From the IMG/VR virus record IMGVR_UViG_3300022200_000036: 64,000 nucleotides of DNA; one strand, given 5' to 3'. The DNA comes from an uncultured virus (IMG/VR IMGVR_UViG_3300022200_000036). Lineage: Duplodnaviria; Heunggongvirae; Uroviricota; Caudoviricetes. How positions within the stretch are numbered: position 1 is the stretch's first letter; the number at the start of each line of letters is the position of its first letter. Shown piece by piece: positions 27,786 to 37,138 of the stretch. A model generated the notes under the pieces. That model was given only the letters and a program-made list of their open reading frames with translations, searched no databases and was not told the origin of the DNA. A program made the translations under genes and the position numbers.

Positions 27786-28655
27786 CTCAAGATCTTCAAT
27801 CTTTTTATCTTTTTCTGATTTAATCCCAAGGGCGCCAGATAGTGTTCCGCCAAGCCCCATGCCGGTGATAACACCTATTTCATCACCGGCAAAACGACCA
27901 ACGGCACGCCCAATATGTTCACCTGTGATTTTTCTTGGACCTTGCAAAAGTTTTTCAAAAGCATCTCCAATGTCCATCTCAAGCCCTGGAACTGTTTTGC
28001 CTTTTTGTAACATTGCCATTTTTGCAATATTGTTATCCATATTGGCTGCAGCTTGTACATTAATTAAGTTCTCAACTTGATTAAACCCTTGATTCATTAA
28101 ATCTTGAAGCCCCTCGCCCATTTGCTGTCTTTGTGCGGGCGAAAAATTTTCTAACATTTCAAGACCCGCACGTCCTTGTCCTACTGCGCCAACGGCACTG
28201 TGATATTTTTTAAAGGTTTCCGCATCTACTCCATATTTAGCTACAAATCCCTGTGGGTTTTGTAATGCTTCATTGAGAAGCTGTGCCGATGTTTGTTGCT
28301 TAAGTTCTTGTTTAATTTGTCCCTTTGCGTAACGCATTGTTTCTGCGCCGCCGCTTGCCAAAGTTTTCTGCCCTGTAAGTCTTCCAATGGAAGCCAATAA
28401 TCCTGATTGGTTTTTTAGCGCTTGTGGATGTAAACGTTTACCTATTGCTGCACCAATATTTTTACCTAATAGACCAATCCCAACTCCACCTGCGATACCG
28501 CCAAGTGTTTGAAGAGCAATCTGAGAAGCGGGCGTGTCTGATCCAATGAGACTAAGGCCCGCAGTACCGCCTGCCATTACTCCTTCAATGCCTTCTTGAA
28601 ATAAATCATTTTGCTGTAAGCGCATAAACTTACCAGCAAGATTAGCTTGGTTCAT
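27762..28655 (-). CDS. Gly-rich hypothetical protein, possibly internal virion protein
   Basis: 297 aa; N-terminal LAGKF. Confidence 0.7.
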   Translation of the reverse strand: MNQANLAGKFMRLQQNDLFQEGIEGVMAGGTAGLSLIGSDTPASQIALQTLGGIAGGVGIGLLGKNIGAAIGKRLHPQALKNQSGLLASIGRLTGQKTLASGGAETMRYAKGQIKQELKQQTSAQLLNEALQNPQGFVAKYGVDAETFKKYHSAVGAVGQGRAGLEMLENFSPAQRQQMGEGLQDLMNQGFNQVENLINVQAAANMDNNIAKMAMLQKGKTVPGLEMDIGDAFEKLLQGPRKITGEHIGRAVGRFAGDEIGVITGMGLGGTLSGALGIKSEKDKKIEDLELRLARGY

Positions 28656-28724
28656 ATTACTAGTTTTTTTCTAGTCTACATTCCTTTGATTTTCTGTATA
28701 GTTAAACGAGAGTGCCTCGCTTTA

Positions 28725-30005
28725 ATGACCAAAAAAACTAAGGTATTGTGGTGTGGTGACATTGTTGCAATGACCGGCTTTGCTCGGGTCACCGAAAATG
28801 TCATCACCCGCCTTAAAGATAATTTTGAAATTGTTGTACTCGGCCACAACTGGTGGGGTGACCCATGTGAGCAACAGAAGGATTTCAAAATGTATCCTTC
28901 ATCTAATCGATTCCAAACCGCACCATTCGGTGAGCAACGCATCCGTGAAATCGTTGAACGTGAGCAACCAGACATTGTGTTCACGATCAATGATATGTGG
29001 ATTATCAATGAACAGTACCGCCAGATCCAAGACCTACACAAACAGGGCAAGTTTAAATTTGTGGGTTATGCACCCATGGATTCGTATGGATGGATTGGTT
29101 GCCTGTCTGATACCGCCAACGATTGGGATGCCATCATATCCTACACGGAATTTGGGGCGCACGAATTTGTGCGGGGTGGTATTACCAAGCCCATTGCCGT
29201 CATTCCACATGGTGTGACACAAGGGCAGTTCTACCCCATGGACAAGAAAGAATGCCGTCGCAAGCTGGGTCTCCAAGAAGACTTATTTATTGTCTTTAAT
29301 GGAAACAGAAATCAGTTCCGTAAACGGATTGACATTACGATCCGGGGTTTTGCCAAGTTTGCGGTTGACAAGCCAGAAGCACGCCTGTACCTGCACATGG
29401 GTCTAAAAGATCAGGGCTGGGATGTGATGAGCGTATTTGCCAGGGAGATGTCTCGTGTTGGTCTTGATCCCAACGGACGCATCATCATGACGACACAGAC
29501 GGAAGGGCCGCCGAACGTGTCGGTGGACATGCTCAACACCATTTATAACGCTTGTGATGTTGGTGTCAACACTTGCAAAGGTGAAGGCTGGGGGCTTGTC
29601 AACTTTGAACAAGCTTCTTGTGCTGTGGCCCAGGTGGTACCTGACCATACGTCTTGCAAAGAGATCTTTGAGGGTTATGGCGAGCTGATCCGTTGCGACC
29701 ACGTTGATGTAGATACCAACTATGCAAGGGAGATGCCCTGCCCGTCAGCAGATCACCTTGCTGAAATTCTGGAGAATCTGTACCAGGACCGTACGTATCT
29801 GCAGCATGTGGGCGAACGCTGCTGGGATCGCGTAACGGATCCTCAATTCTCATGGGACACAGTTGCGTCTCAATTTGGTGGCATCTTTGAAGATGTCATG
29901 AAGGAGGTTGAGCATTCAGTCCCAGCTGAGATCAGTGAGAAACCACGTAAGAAGGGGAAGAAAAACCAAAGTCTTCGCAAGAAGCAAGAGCCAGCACTAA
30001 CGTAA
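28725..30005 (+). CDS. Glycosyltransferase family 4 (GT-B)
   Basis: TGFARV...IPHGV...NRNQFRKRID...IYNACDV.V....EGWGL...E. Confidence 0.9.
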   Translation: MTKKTKVLWCGDIVAMTGFARVTENVITRLKDNFEIVVLGHNWWGDPCEQQKDFKMYPSSNRFQTAPFGEQRIREIVEREQPDIVFTINDMWIINEQYRQIQDLHKQGKFKFVGYAPMDSYGWIGCLSDTANDWDAIISYTEFGAHEFVRGGITKPIAVIPHGVTQGQFYPMDKKECRRKLGLQEDLFIVFNGNRNQFRKRIDITIRGFAKFAVDKPEARLYLHMGLKDQGWDVMSVFAREMSRVGLDPNGRIIMTTQTEGPPNVSVDMLNTIYNACDVGVNTCKGEGWGLVNFEQASCAVAQVVPDHTSCKEIFEGYGELIRCDHVDVDTNYAREMPCPSADHLAEILENLYQDRTYLQHVGERCWDRVTDPQFSWDTVASQFGGIFEDVMKEVEHSVPAEISEKPRKKGKKNQSLRKKQEPALT

Positions 30006-30023
30006 GTGCCGCTCAGGGTGACT

Positions 30024-30051
30024 AGGCCTCCACTTCGGTGGGGGCTTTTTT
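30024..30051 (+). terminator. Intrinsic terminator
   Basis: GC-rich stem with TTCG tetraloop (CCAC-TTCG-GTGG) and a T run. Confidence 0.8.
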
Positions 30052-30119
30052 ATTGGTAATAAAAGAGTGTGAGCTGTTAAACAGCACATTTAGGGCGTCT
30101 ACCTGCTTATTTACCGTCT

Positions 30120-30310
30120 AAACGAGGGGGTCTACGTCCTTATATACCATAGGAAAGCCAAGGCTCACTTTTGAAAAAGTGAAACAAGTACTGAGAATTG
30201 TTCTCAATAACACATGAGACTAATTTGGGATAAACGAGAATTTTGTTTCACTTTTGAAAAAGTGAGCCTTGACTCATATAAAAAATATAAAAGGGTAGAC
30301 TCCCTCGTTT
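30120..30310. repeat. Imperfect inverted repeat with 68-bp arms; candidate replication origin
   Basis: Arms 30120-30187 and 30243-30310 align without gaps; each contains CACTTTTGAAAAAGTG; the 55-bp spacer contains TGAGAATTGTTCTCA. Confidence 0.85.
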
Positions 30311-30392
30311 CCCCCTTAAACAGGCGCGTATACACCCATTACACCGCTTTAAACCTTGCTAGACTACCTTAGTAATGTAAGTCCTGGTCCCA

Positions 30393-30818
30393 ATGCCCCG
30401 TTCTTACCGAGAGCTCCCTTCGTACTGTTGGTTGGCAGAAAACTTGGATTTGACCGATCAATACCCAAGTGCTTTGGTATGGAAGACTGCGGGCCGCAAC
30501 CATGAGCCCGGTGATATGGCTGGGGTGCTGCGTACAGATGGCCGTTTTTACACCATCTCATTACTGGGAATCAAATATCCAGCTCATCGGGTCGTGTACT
30601 ACTTACGTACTGGCGAGGATCCGGGTGATGCTGATGTCCTTCACGACAAACGCAACAGGGAACGTGACAACCGCCTGGAACTGACCCTGTATCGACGTAG
30701 GACGCGTCCAGCACCTAAGTACAAGCGTCGTGTCCGTAACGAAGAAGGTCAGCTTGTGCACCGTGACCCGGACATGATTTACACCTTCGTGCAACGCAAC
30801 CGAAACCTAGAGGCCTGA
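30393..30818 (+). CDS. HNH-like endonuclease, possibly degenerate
   Basis: L.WK...G..AG...Y..I....YPAHRVVY....G..P...V.H...NR..DNR. Confidence 0.7.
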   Translation: MPRSYRELPSYCWLAENLDLTDQYPSALVWKTAGRNHEPGDMAGVLRTDGRFYTISLLGIKYPAHRVVYYLRTGEDPGDADVLHDKRNRERDNRLELTLYRRRTRPAPKYKRRVRNEEGQLVHRDPDMIYTFVQRNRNLEA

Positions 30819-30821
30819 TCA

Positions 30822-31571
30822 ATGGCAAACTCCCTTACCAATGCATCCAAACTGCTTCAGCTTGCAAAAACTTTTACCTTAATTCCAGTCATTGATGGCA
30901 TCCATAAAATGTCTGATGAAAACCTCAGGACGCATGGTTACTATCGTGGCTTCTACTGCCAGTACGGCCATCGCATCCGGCATCTAAAAGACCACTGGTG
31001 TTATGAGTGCGTCCGTAAGATCCAAAGCAACAATTGTGGTTTTGACGTCAACTACCTCAATAAAAACTACAAGTCAAGACTGCTGGAGCTTTGGAAACAA
31101 ATCCCTGTTGGCAACTGGGATGAGTGCTGGGAGGTGCCATGGCTCGGCAATAAACGCATGCGTTTTCCCTCTTATGTCACAGGGTTTGATGCCAAGTACA
31201 ACAGCAATGTCAGTGTCCACAAAATTATCTACCAATGCGCCTGGGGGGACGTTGGTAAGTTATTTGTCACACGCACGTGTAAAAATAAAAACTGTCTTAA
31301 CCCTCTCCACTTAGTCTCAAGTTGGAATCGAATGTTTCCGCCGCAGACCATCTATCCGTTTGAGCCAGAGTTCGATCCTGTTAAGGCAATGGAACAGGCA
31401 CAACGTTTTCTTGCGGGAACCCCTGAACCACTCGTCGAGCGGCAGTACAAAAGCACTATTCAACATCCGCTGGTAAATAAAAACACCCCGGATTATGATG
31501 AAGAACAGGAGTTGTATTACAGTTCATATGCCCAGGAACTCAGTAACTCAGCCACAAAGAACTCAGAATAA
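30822..31571 (+). CDS. Zn-binding HNH-like protein
   Basis: C.YGH..R....WCYEC; ECWE...VHK..Y...V.RTCKNKNCLNPLHL. Confidence 0.6.
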   Translation: MANSLTNASKLLQLAKTFTLIPVIDGIHKMSDENLRTHGYYRGFYCQYGHRIRHLKDHWCYECVRKIQSNNCGFDVNYLNKNYKSRLLELWKQIPVGNWDECWEVPWLGNKRMRFPSYVTGFDAKYNSNVSVHKIIYQCAWGDVGKLFVTRTCKNKNCLNPLHLVSSWNRMFPPQTIYPFEPEFDPVKAMEQAQRFLAGTPEPLVERQYKSTIQHPLVNKNTPDYDEEQELYYSSYAQELSNSATKNSE

Positions 31572-32439
31572 TCCTTTAGTCATCGGCACGTTCAACCAAA
31601 CTGCTCTGCGGTACCTCCATGGAACCTTGGGTGCACAGTGGAAACCTATTGGTCGTGCCGATACAAGCCAAACATCTAACGGTGGTATTGGCGGAGGCAC
31701 TTTTAATCACTGGTTCCAGGTAAATCTGGCGTCTCCTGGTTGGATTATTCTTACGAAAGGTCCGCCGCGTCCACAGTACATTCAAGTATCTGCATATGAC
31801 CTAAACAAAATTCCTATCCAGGGAAATCCTGTATTTGATGCAGATTCTATCCATATCGATTCCAATGGAGACGTGTACATTCCGTATTTAGATACGGTAA
31901 TGAATACACAATCTGATCTATACAATACCTACGAACGTTTACGTCTTGATCGTGGTGATGATAGGTATTATCCCCTGGCGGCAGGAAGTTATCTCATCTG
32001 TGTTTCATCGACTCGCAACGAGACCCTAGAGTACAACCTAGGTGTTGTCATCGAGTTTCCAGTAAACGAGGCTTTTTTCGAGCTAGAAGATACCAATGGT
32101 TCTGTCTGTTTACAGGAAACTGAAGTTGATGCGGCAGAGATCGTTGGTCCAATTCTTGTTGATGTCGTCATCAGCGCCAATGCTTTTTCAGAAACAAGCT
32201 GTGAGATTGGATCTGGTGTGACCGTTACCATTAATGACGGCATCACTTGGTACATTGGAGAAAGAATCCCTGCTTCCACGTATGATAATTTTAAGATTAT
32301 TCTTGAAGTAGGTGACGATGCGTATTACGACACAATCCATGATCATTCTTTATCCGAATGGCAGAATGCATGGAGTAGAGAACATCAAGAAACCGACCGT
32401 TTCCCCGATATCTTCGTTCCGTTAGTCAACAGGCCATGA
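31528..32439 (+). CDS. Putative virion structural protein
   Basis: 303-aa acidic, beta-rich ORF. Confidence 0.65.
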   Translation: MPRNSVTQPQRTQNNPLVIGTFNQTALRYLHGTLGAQWKPIGRADTSQTSNGGIGGGTFNHWFQVNLASPGWIILTKGPPRPQYIQVSAYDLNKIPIQGNPVFDADSIHIDSNGDVYIPYLDTVMNTQSDLYNTYERLRLDRGDDRYYPLAAGSYLICVSSTRNETLEYNLGVVIEFPVNEAFFELEDTNGSVCLQETEVDAAEIVGPILVDVVISANAFSETSCEIGSGVTVTINDGITWYIGERIPASTYDNFKIILEVGDDAYYDTIHDHSLSEWQNAWSREHQETDRFPDIFVPLVNRP

Positions 32440-32567
32440 TCAACATTCTTAAAAATCTTTTCAAGAAGCAAAAACCCAAGCGTTTTTACTTAAGCCCTTC
32501 TGCTGCATGGCTTTTGTACTGCACAAATAATCCGTCAGCACCTGAGTGTTTAATCTACGATGTGTAG
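32436..32567 (+). CDS. cp12: CP12-like mini-protein (C-terminal Cys pair only); not in the ORF track
   Basis: 43 aa ending YCTNNPSAPECLIYDV, matching the CP12 C-terminal motif (Y/F)C..NP...EC..YD; ATGA-coupled to the upstream stop. Confidence 0.7.
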   Translation: MINILKNLFKKQKPKRFYLSPSAAWLLYCTNNPSAPECLIYDV

Positions 32568-32599
32568 TGAACGTACAATAAAAGAAATAGGAGATAACC

Positions 32600-32761
32600 A
32601 TGGACTTTAACAAGTACATCGAATTAGCACTTGCCATTCACGCCGTAGCCTCAATCATTGTTTCAATCACGCCCACGCCCCATGATGACAAGCTGGTCGG
32701 CAAGCTGTACAAGCTCATTGAAACCCTTGCATTAGTTGTGGGTCGTGCCAAGGAGCGCTGA
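32600..32761 (+). CDS. Small membrane protein, holin candidate; not in the ORF track
   Basis: AGGAG SD; MDFNKYIELALAIHAVASIIVSITPTPHDDKLVGKLYKLIETLALVVGRAKER; near the endolysin. Confidence 0.65.
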   Translation: MDFNKYIELALAIHAVASIIVSITPTPHDDKLVGKLYKLIETLALVVGRAKER

Positions 32762-32923
32762 TTAGTTATCTAAAGCTTGAAACCAGAACACGCAGCCGCC
32801 CTGTTCTTCAACCCAATCTTTAGTTTCATATGCGTGCTCTTTAGGTAAAGTCACGCATTTTTTATCGTTGCCAATTTGCCAGCAGATGTTAACGCGAATC
32901 TGCGGCTCCTTGTATTTTTTCAC
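32762..32923 (-). CDS. Hypothetical protein
   Basis: GTG start right after the endolysin stop. Confidence 0.5.
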   Translation of the reverse strand: MKKYKEPQIRVNICWQIGNDKKCVTLPKEHAYETKDWVEEQGGCVFWFQALDN

Positions 32924-32924
32924 T

Positions 32925-33935
32925 TCAGTAGTCCCAACGCAGGAACGGCTTCCCTTCTCGCATTCCGACATGCACGAATCCCTTGGGCGCACCGTATCCT
33001 AGGCTAAATTTCCATTGTTTATCACACCAATCCTGCACGGCATAGATGTCTGCCCCTTGAATATAAAAATCAATCGCACCTTTAGATGGTGTGTTGTAAG
33101 TATGTTCACTGTTTTTAGCGCCACCGACTCCGGAATTGATGGGTTCTGGACGTGAACCGCTAGTGATAATTAACGGCTTGTTCTCAAATTGTTTACGGAC
33201 TTTTTCCAAAAATAAGCATAATTCTTTTGCTGTATCGCATTGATACTGTTTAGTAAATCGACGACCTTCTTGATTTAAACAAATCTCACCGTAGGTGATA
33301 TTAGGTGTGATTTTGTATGTGAATGGACTCCAGGGGTTGAAGTTATTGTTGTGTGGGTTGGAATCTTCTTTCTCTCCAATATTTTGGAGCTGACGATCCA
33401 TGATCTGAATTAATTTTGTCGCATAGTCAGGATCTGTGGCGTAGGACTCCTTGACCAAAAGTCGAGCGCATTCGTTCCTACTTTCTGCCCGATTAACACC
33501 TTGGAAACGACCAAAGTCTTTATACCAGCGATCAACAAGGTAACAAACACAGGTTTGTAAATCAGGAAAATCAAGGAATCCAGCCTTGATTGTGACCCAT
33601 TGACCGTTGATGAATTCTTGGGTGCTGACTGTAGAGCCAGATCCCTTAAGTCCAAAGTAATTGTTTTTACCAGATGTGTGTTGACCCCAGCCTGATTCCA
33701 GCGCCCACTGTGCAGCAACACATTCAGGCCATTTAGCTCCAGCTGTTTTAGCTGCAGCAAGAACACCGTCCCAAGTGTTATCTACAATTGGAGTAGGCTT
33801 TGGTTTGTTTCGATATTTCTCAGCAAAAAGCTCTAAGACATCAGCAGTGAGCTGGTCCTGAAGCCATTCCAACGCATCAATTTGATGCTGTTCTTCATTA
33901 AAAAACCTTGCGGCGTCTGTGAGTTTGATTGACAT
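32925..33935 (-). CDS. Endolysin: GH73 glucosaminidase + peptidase M15
   Basis: AQWALESGWG...NNYFGLKG...YATDPDY; ITSG.R...N..VGGA.NSEH...AIDF...FVH. Confidence 0.88.
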   Translation of the reverse strand: MSIKLTDAARFFNEEQHQIDALEWLQDQLTADVLELFAEKYRNKPKPTPIVDNTWDGVLAAAKTAGAKWPECVAAQWALESGWGQHTSGKNNYFGLKGSGSTVSTQEFINGQWVTIKAGFLDFPDLQTCVCYLVDRWYKDFGRFQGVNRAESRNECARLLVKESYATDPDYATKLIQIMDRQLQNIGEKEDSNPHNNNFNPWSPFTYKITPNITYGEICLNQEGRRFTKQYQCDTAKELCLFLEKVRKQFENKPLIITSGSRPEPINSGVGGAKNSEHTYNTPSKGAIDFYIQGADIYAVQDWCDKQWKFSLGYGAPKGFVHVGMREGKPFLRWDY

Positions 33936-33978
33936 ATCGACCTAGAGCAATATAAATACTCTAGATCAGGTCAACAAA

Positions 33979-34163
33979 TCAAGCAGGTACGGCTTCTTTC
34001 ACTTTAGTTTCTTCCACGGCCTCTTCCTCTGGCGCAAACTCAAGAGTATCGATCAGTTGACCGATAAGGCTAGCAAAAAAAGCAATCAGGTTACCGTCAC
34101 CAGTGGTACGTGCAGAACCAAAGGAATTGATAGCAGAAACAAGCTGGCTTTAGTACAGACCAT
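33979..34163 (-). pseudogene. Small gene with an apparent 1-nt deletion near its start
   Basis: The ATG frame stops after 25 codons; an adjacent frame LVSAINSFGSARTTGDGNLIAFFASLIGQLIDTLEFAPEEE has no start of its own. Confidence 0.4.
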
Positions 34164-34197
34164 ATCAAACAATTGTTTTCACAAAGTATAGCAAAAT

Positions 34198-34521
34198 TCA
34201 CCAAGGAACTCCAGCTGCGGAAGTTGGGTTTAATTCTTGCTGGATTTGCTTTGCAAGTGCTGCTTCAATAGATGCAACTTGCTCATCGCCAAGGGCAGCT
34301 TTTACCCAGCCAATAACCTGGTCTTGGGTAAGCTGATCGAAAGGTGTGTAGTTACCAGGGTCTGGATCACCGAACCCTACAGAGCCGTAAGCACCGGCAG
34401 ATTCCCCTTGATCTTCAAGGTTTACAGTCCAATGCGCAGTGTAAACCTGTCCATCAGGCGGTGTATCACCATCGGGAAGTTTACGTTCCAGGTTTGCAAT
34501 AGACCAAGTAGCGGTAGCCAT
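34198..34521 (-). CDS. Tail-fibre-associated protein
   Basis: W.I..LER...V.T.HW...YGS......PFDQLT...V.GWVK...A.GVPW. Confidence 0.75.
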   Translation of the reverse strand: MATATWSIANLERKLPDGDTPPDGQVYTAHWTVNLEDQGESAGAYGSVGFGDPDPGNYTPFDQLTQDQVIGWVKAALGDEQVASIEAALAKQIQQELNPTSAAGVPW

Positions 34522-34657
34522 AACAAAATGTTTTTTCTCATTCTATCAAGTAAGTTTTTCCTAAACCCAGTAGTGTAGCAGTTTTTTCGTCCAAACGGTC
34601 TCGCAAGCACGTACAATAAAAAGGAGCGGTTGCACCCCGCTCCTCTTAAAACACCTT

Positions 34658-35401
34658 ATGGATAGCTTAACACCTTCGGACACTCTTGTCGTCCGCACAT
34701 GGAATGACACGCCCATCAGTCGTCGTACCAGGGATGGGTACGTCAATGCGACTGCAATGTGCAAAGCCAATGGCAAACGGTGGTCTGATTATCGAGAGTC
34801 AGAGCGGTGCCAGCGTTATTTGGATGCGCTTTCTGAACTAACGGGGATTCCGGTAGTTTCTTTGTACCAGTCAATCGAAGGCCGTAACGGTGGCACTTTT
34901 ATCCATCCACAAGTAGCGATTGACCTTGCCCGCTGGATCAGCGCACCGTTTGCCGTGTGGATGGACGGATGGTTCCTTGAGCAATCCGAAAGCACACAAC
35001 CTAAAGCGCCTGTATCGCAACCAGTAATCTCTGGTACAGATGTATTAAACCTTCTCAAAGAGTCGGTTGGCTTCTTAAAAGAACTTGAGTCTTTTGATGA
35101 TCGCGATCGCATCTTGTTTGCTGATTTAGCAAGGAATAACGCAATGCGCGTTAATTCTGATTTTCTTTTGCCGCCAGGGGATGAAGAAATTACAATCAGC
35201 GATGCATACCTGGAGCTGTTTCAAAAACGGTTACCACGCAAAGAATCTTCACACGTTGGTAAATTGGTTGCCAGTAAATATCGTGAAGAATTTAAACAAG
35301 AGCCTCCAACACGTATTCAATACGTAGATGGTGCGCCACGAAAAGTAAAAAGCTATCAAAAAAATTGGTTAATGTCAGCCCTTCAATCACTAATCAAATA
35401 A
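34658..35401 (+). CDS. KilA-N domain DNA-binding protein (antirepressor-like)
   Basis: RRTRDGYVNATAMCKANGKRWSDY...GGTFIHPQVAIDLARWIS. Confidence 0.9.
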   Translation: MDSLTPSDTLVVRTWNDTPISRRTRDGYVNATAMCKANGKRWSDYRESERCQRYLDALSELTGIPVVSLYQSIEGRNGGTFIHPQVAIDLARWISAPFAVWMDGWFLEQSESTQPKAPVSQPVISGTDVLNLLKESVGFLKELESFDDRDRILFADLARNNAMRVNSDFLLPPGDEEITISDAYLELFQKRLPRKESSHVGKLVASKYREEFKQEPPTRIQYVDGAPRKVKSYQKNWLMSALQSLIK

Positions 35402-35432
35402 AAGAAAGCCCCTAAAGCAGGGGCTTTTTTCT
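35402..35432. terminator. Bidirectional intrinsic terminator
   Basis: AAGAAAGCCCCT-aaagc-AGGGGCTTTTTTCTT between convergent genes. Confidence 0.8.
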
Positions 35433-35462
35433 TAAGGTGACTAGAGAAGGAACCTTCCTTGG

Positions 35463-36419
35463 TTACCAAGTAGACAGCGCAGAGCGCTTCCAAGTGTTGG
35501 TAGCGGTGCAAACGTAGACGTAATTGGCGTCCCAGCAGATCTCGCCAGTGGTTCCAGTGTCTGTCGCGGATGCAGGAGTTTTTGCAGTTGCGATCCTAAT
35601 ACGATTGTCATTCACTTGAAGCAATGCGCCGCCACTATTGCTACCTGTGCCTATCAATACTCGCCCAGACGTGTCAATTCTTACTTTCTCCGTACTATTT
35701 GTCCCAATAAACAGCGGGGCATTGGTAAGTGTGGATAAAAAGCCATAATTATTACCAGCAGCTATGTTGATTTGCGTATTTGTCCCACCACCTCCTCCAA
35801 GGTATTCTCCAAGAAATCCGCCAGTACTCGCTCCCGAGCCTGTGTCATTCGTTCGACTCCTAATCTGTTGTGAGCCAGTTTTTTGGCAATCAAGAAGATA
35901 ATCAGGGCTCGTAGTGCCGACCCCTACTCTGTTATTGTCAGCATCAACGTAGAGCGTATTCGTGTCTACAGCCACATTGCCATTGGCGTCGATTGAGAGA
36001 CGCCCAACGCCATTAGTCGAGATCGCTACTTGGTCTGTGCCGGGTGAATAAATGCCGTTATCTGTGGTGCCAACAGAAACAGATGGCGCGGCTGCAGAGC
36101 CAGAACCAAAATTACCAACCGATCCGGTAATTGTTGTGCCGGAAAGAGTTGCAAAGTTTGCGGTGGTACCAGTGACAGTTGTTCCGGTTACTGTCGTGAA
36201 CCCCGCAGAACCGCCAGTGACAGTTGTGAAGACACCTGCATTACCTGTCACGGTTGCACCAGAGACCGTACTCGTGCCAATAATTGCGGCGCCTTGAATC
36301 GTACCAGTGGCAGTAATATTTCCAGAAATTGATTGAACAATACCAGAAACACTAATGGTTTGATCAGCACCACCGTTAGTAAAGGTAATTTGATCGACCT
36401 TGACAATGCCGTAAGCCAT
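35463..36419 (-). CDS. Tail fibre protein
   Basis: T/G-rich repeats (SGATVTG, FTTVTG); GVGTTSP..LL; C-terminal GEICWD..Y.YVC.ATNTWKR. Confidence 0.8.
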   Translation of the reverse strand: MAYGIVKVDQITFTNGGADQTISVSGIVQSISGNITATGTIQGAAIIGTSTVSGATVTGNAGVFTTVTGGSAGFTTVTGTTVTGTTANFATLSGTTITGSVGNFGSGSAAAPSVSVGTTDNGIYSPGTDQVAISTNGVGRLSIDANGNVAVDTNTLYVDADNNRVGVGTTSPDYLLDCQKTGSQQIRSRTNDTGSGASTGGFLGEYLGGGGGTNTQINIAAGNNYGFLSTLTNAPLFIGTNSTEKVRIDTSGRVLIGTGSNSGGALLQVNDNRIRIATAKTPASATDTGTTGEICWDANYVYVCTATNTWKRSALSTW

Positions 36420-36455
36420 GTTTTTTGTTACTTTTTTTTATTTTAGCCGGAGTGA

Positions 36456-37094
36456 TTAAGGCAAGATTACAAGCGGTCCTTGAATTACAAAACCCGCTGT
36501 ACTACCGGAAACAACACCAGAGCAAACAATAGCGGGGGTTGCGCCAGATGGTGTGGTGATGTGCAAAATGCTCCCGGTCACATCTGTAAACAGACCAGTA
36601 TTTCCGGTAACAGTTGCACCACTTAAGTAACTGGTAAATACACCAGATACGCCAGAGATGGCTCCCCCCTGGAACGTATCACCAGTAACGGTGGCGCCAG
36701 AGATTCGATCCGTGAATGTACCACTGACAGCGGTAAGGTTTGTAAATTGTGCGGTATTTCCGGTAATTACTGCACCACTGACGGTACCACTGGTTGTTAA
36801 ATTATTTTGTACAACAACACCACTAAAGGTTGCCAGGCTAGTTCCAGTGATGCTTGTAAAGTTACTGGTGCCTGTAACTGTGAGATTACCTGCAATTGTT
36901 ACGTTGCCTGTAATCGTTTCGCCTGTAATGTTGGCGTAATACTGATCTAAATATGCCCTAAACTGCGTAAAGCTAATTTTTTTGTTGCGCAGGGTAGGGT
37001 CCACCTCAAAAACGTGGACCAGCGTCAGTAGATCCTGTTCATCAATATCCGTGCCGTTAATGGCAGGGAATTCTGAAATACGTCTGTTAGCGAT
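36456..37094 (-). CDS. Tail fibre-like protein with a probable ATC start codon
   Basis: Frame extends 30 codons above the GTG at 37004 to ATC-GCT-AAC-AGA-CGT (ANRRISEFPA); SGATVTG repeats. Confidence 0.7.
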   Translation of the reverse strand: MANRRISEFPAINGTDIDEQDLLTLVHVFEVDPTLRNKKISFTQFRAYLDQYYANITGETITGNVTIAGNLTVTGTSNFTSITGTSLATFSGVVVQNNLTTSGTVSGAVITGNTAQFTNLTAVSGTFTDRISGATVTGDTFQGGAISGVSGVFTSYLSGATVTGNTGLFTDVTGSILHITTPSGATPAIVCSGVVSGSTAGFVIQGPLVILP

Positions 37095-37138
37095 GACCCT
37101 AACCCTTTATTTCTACCTTGTTGTTATTCTAGCTTTCC

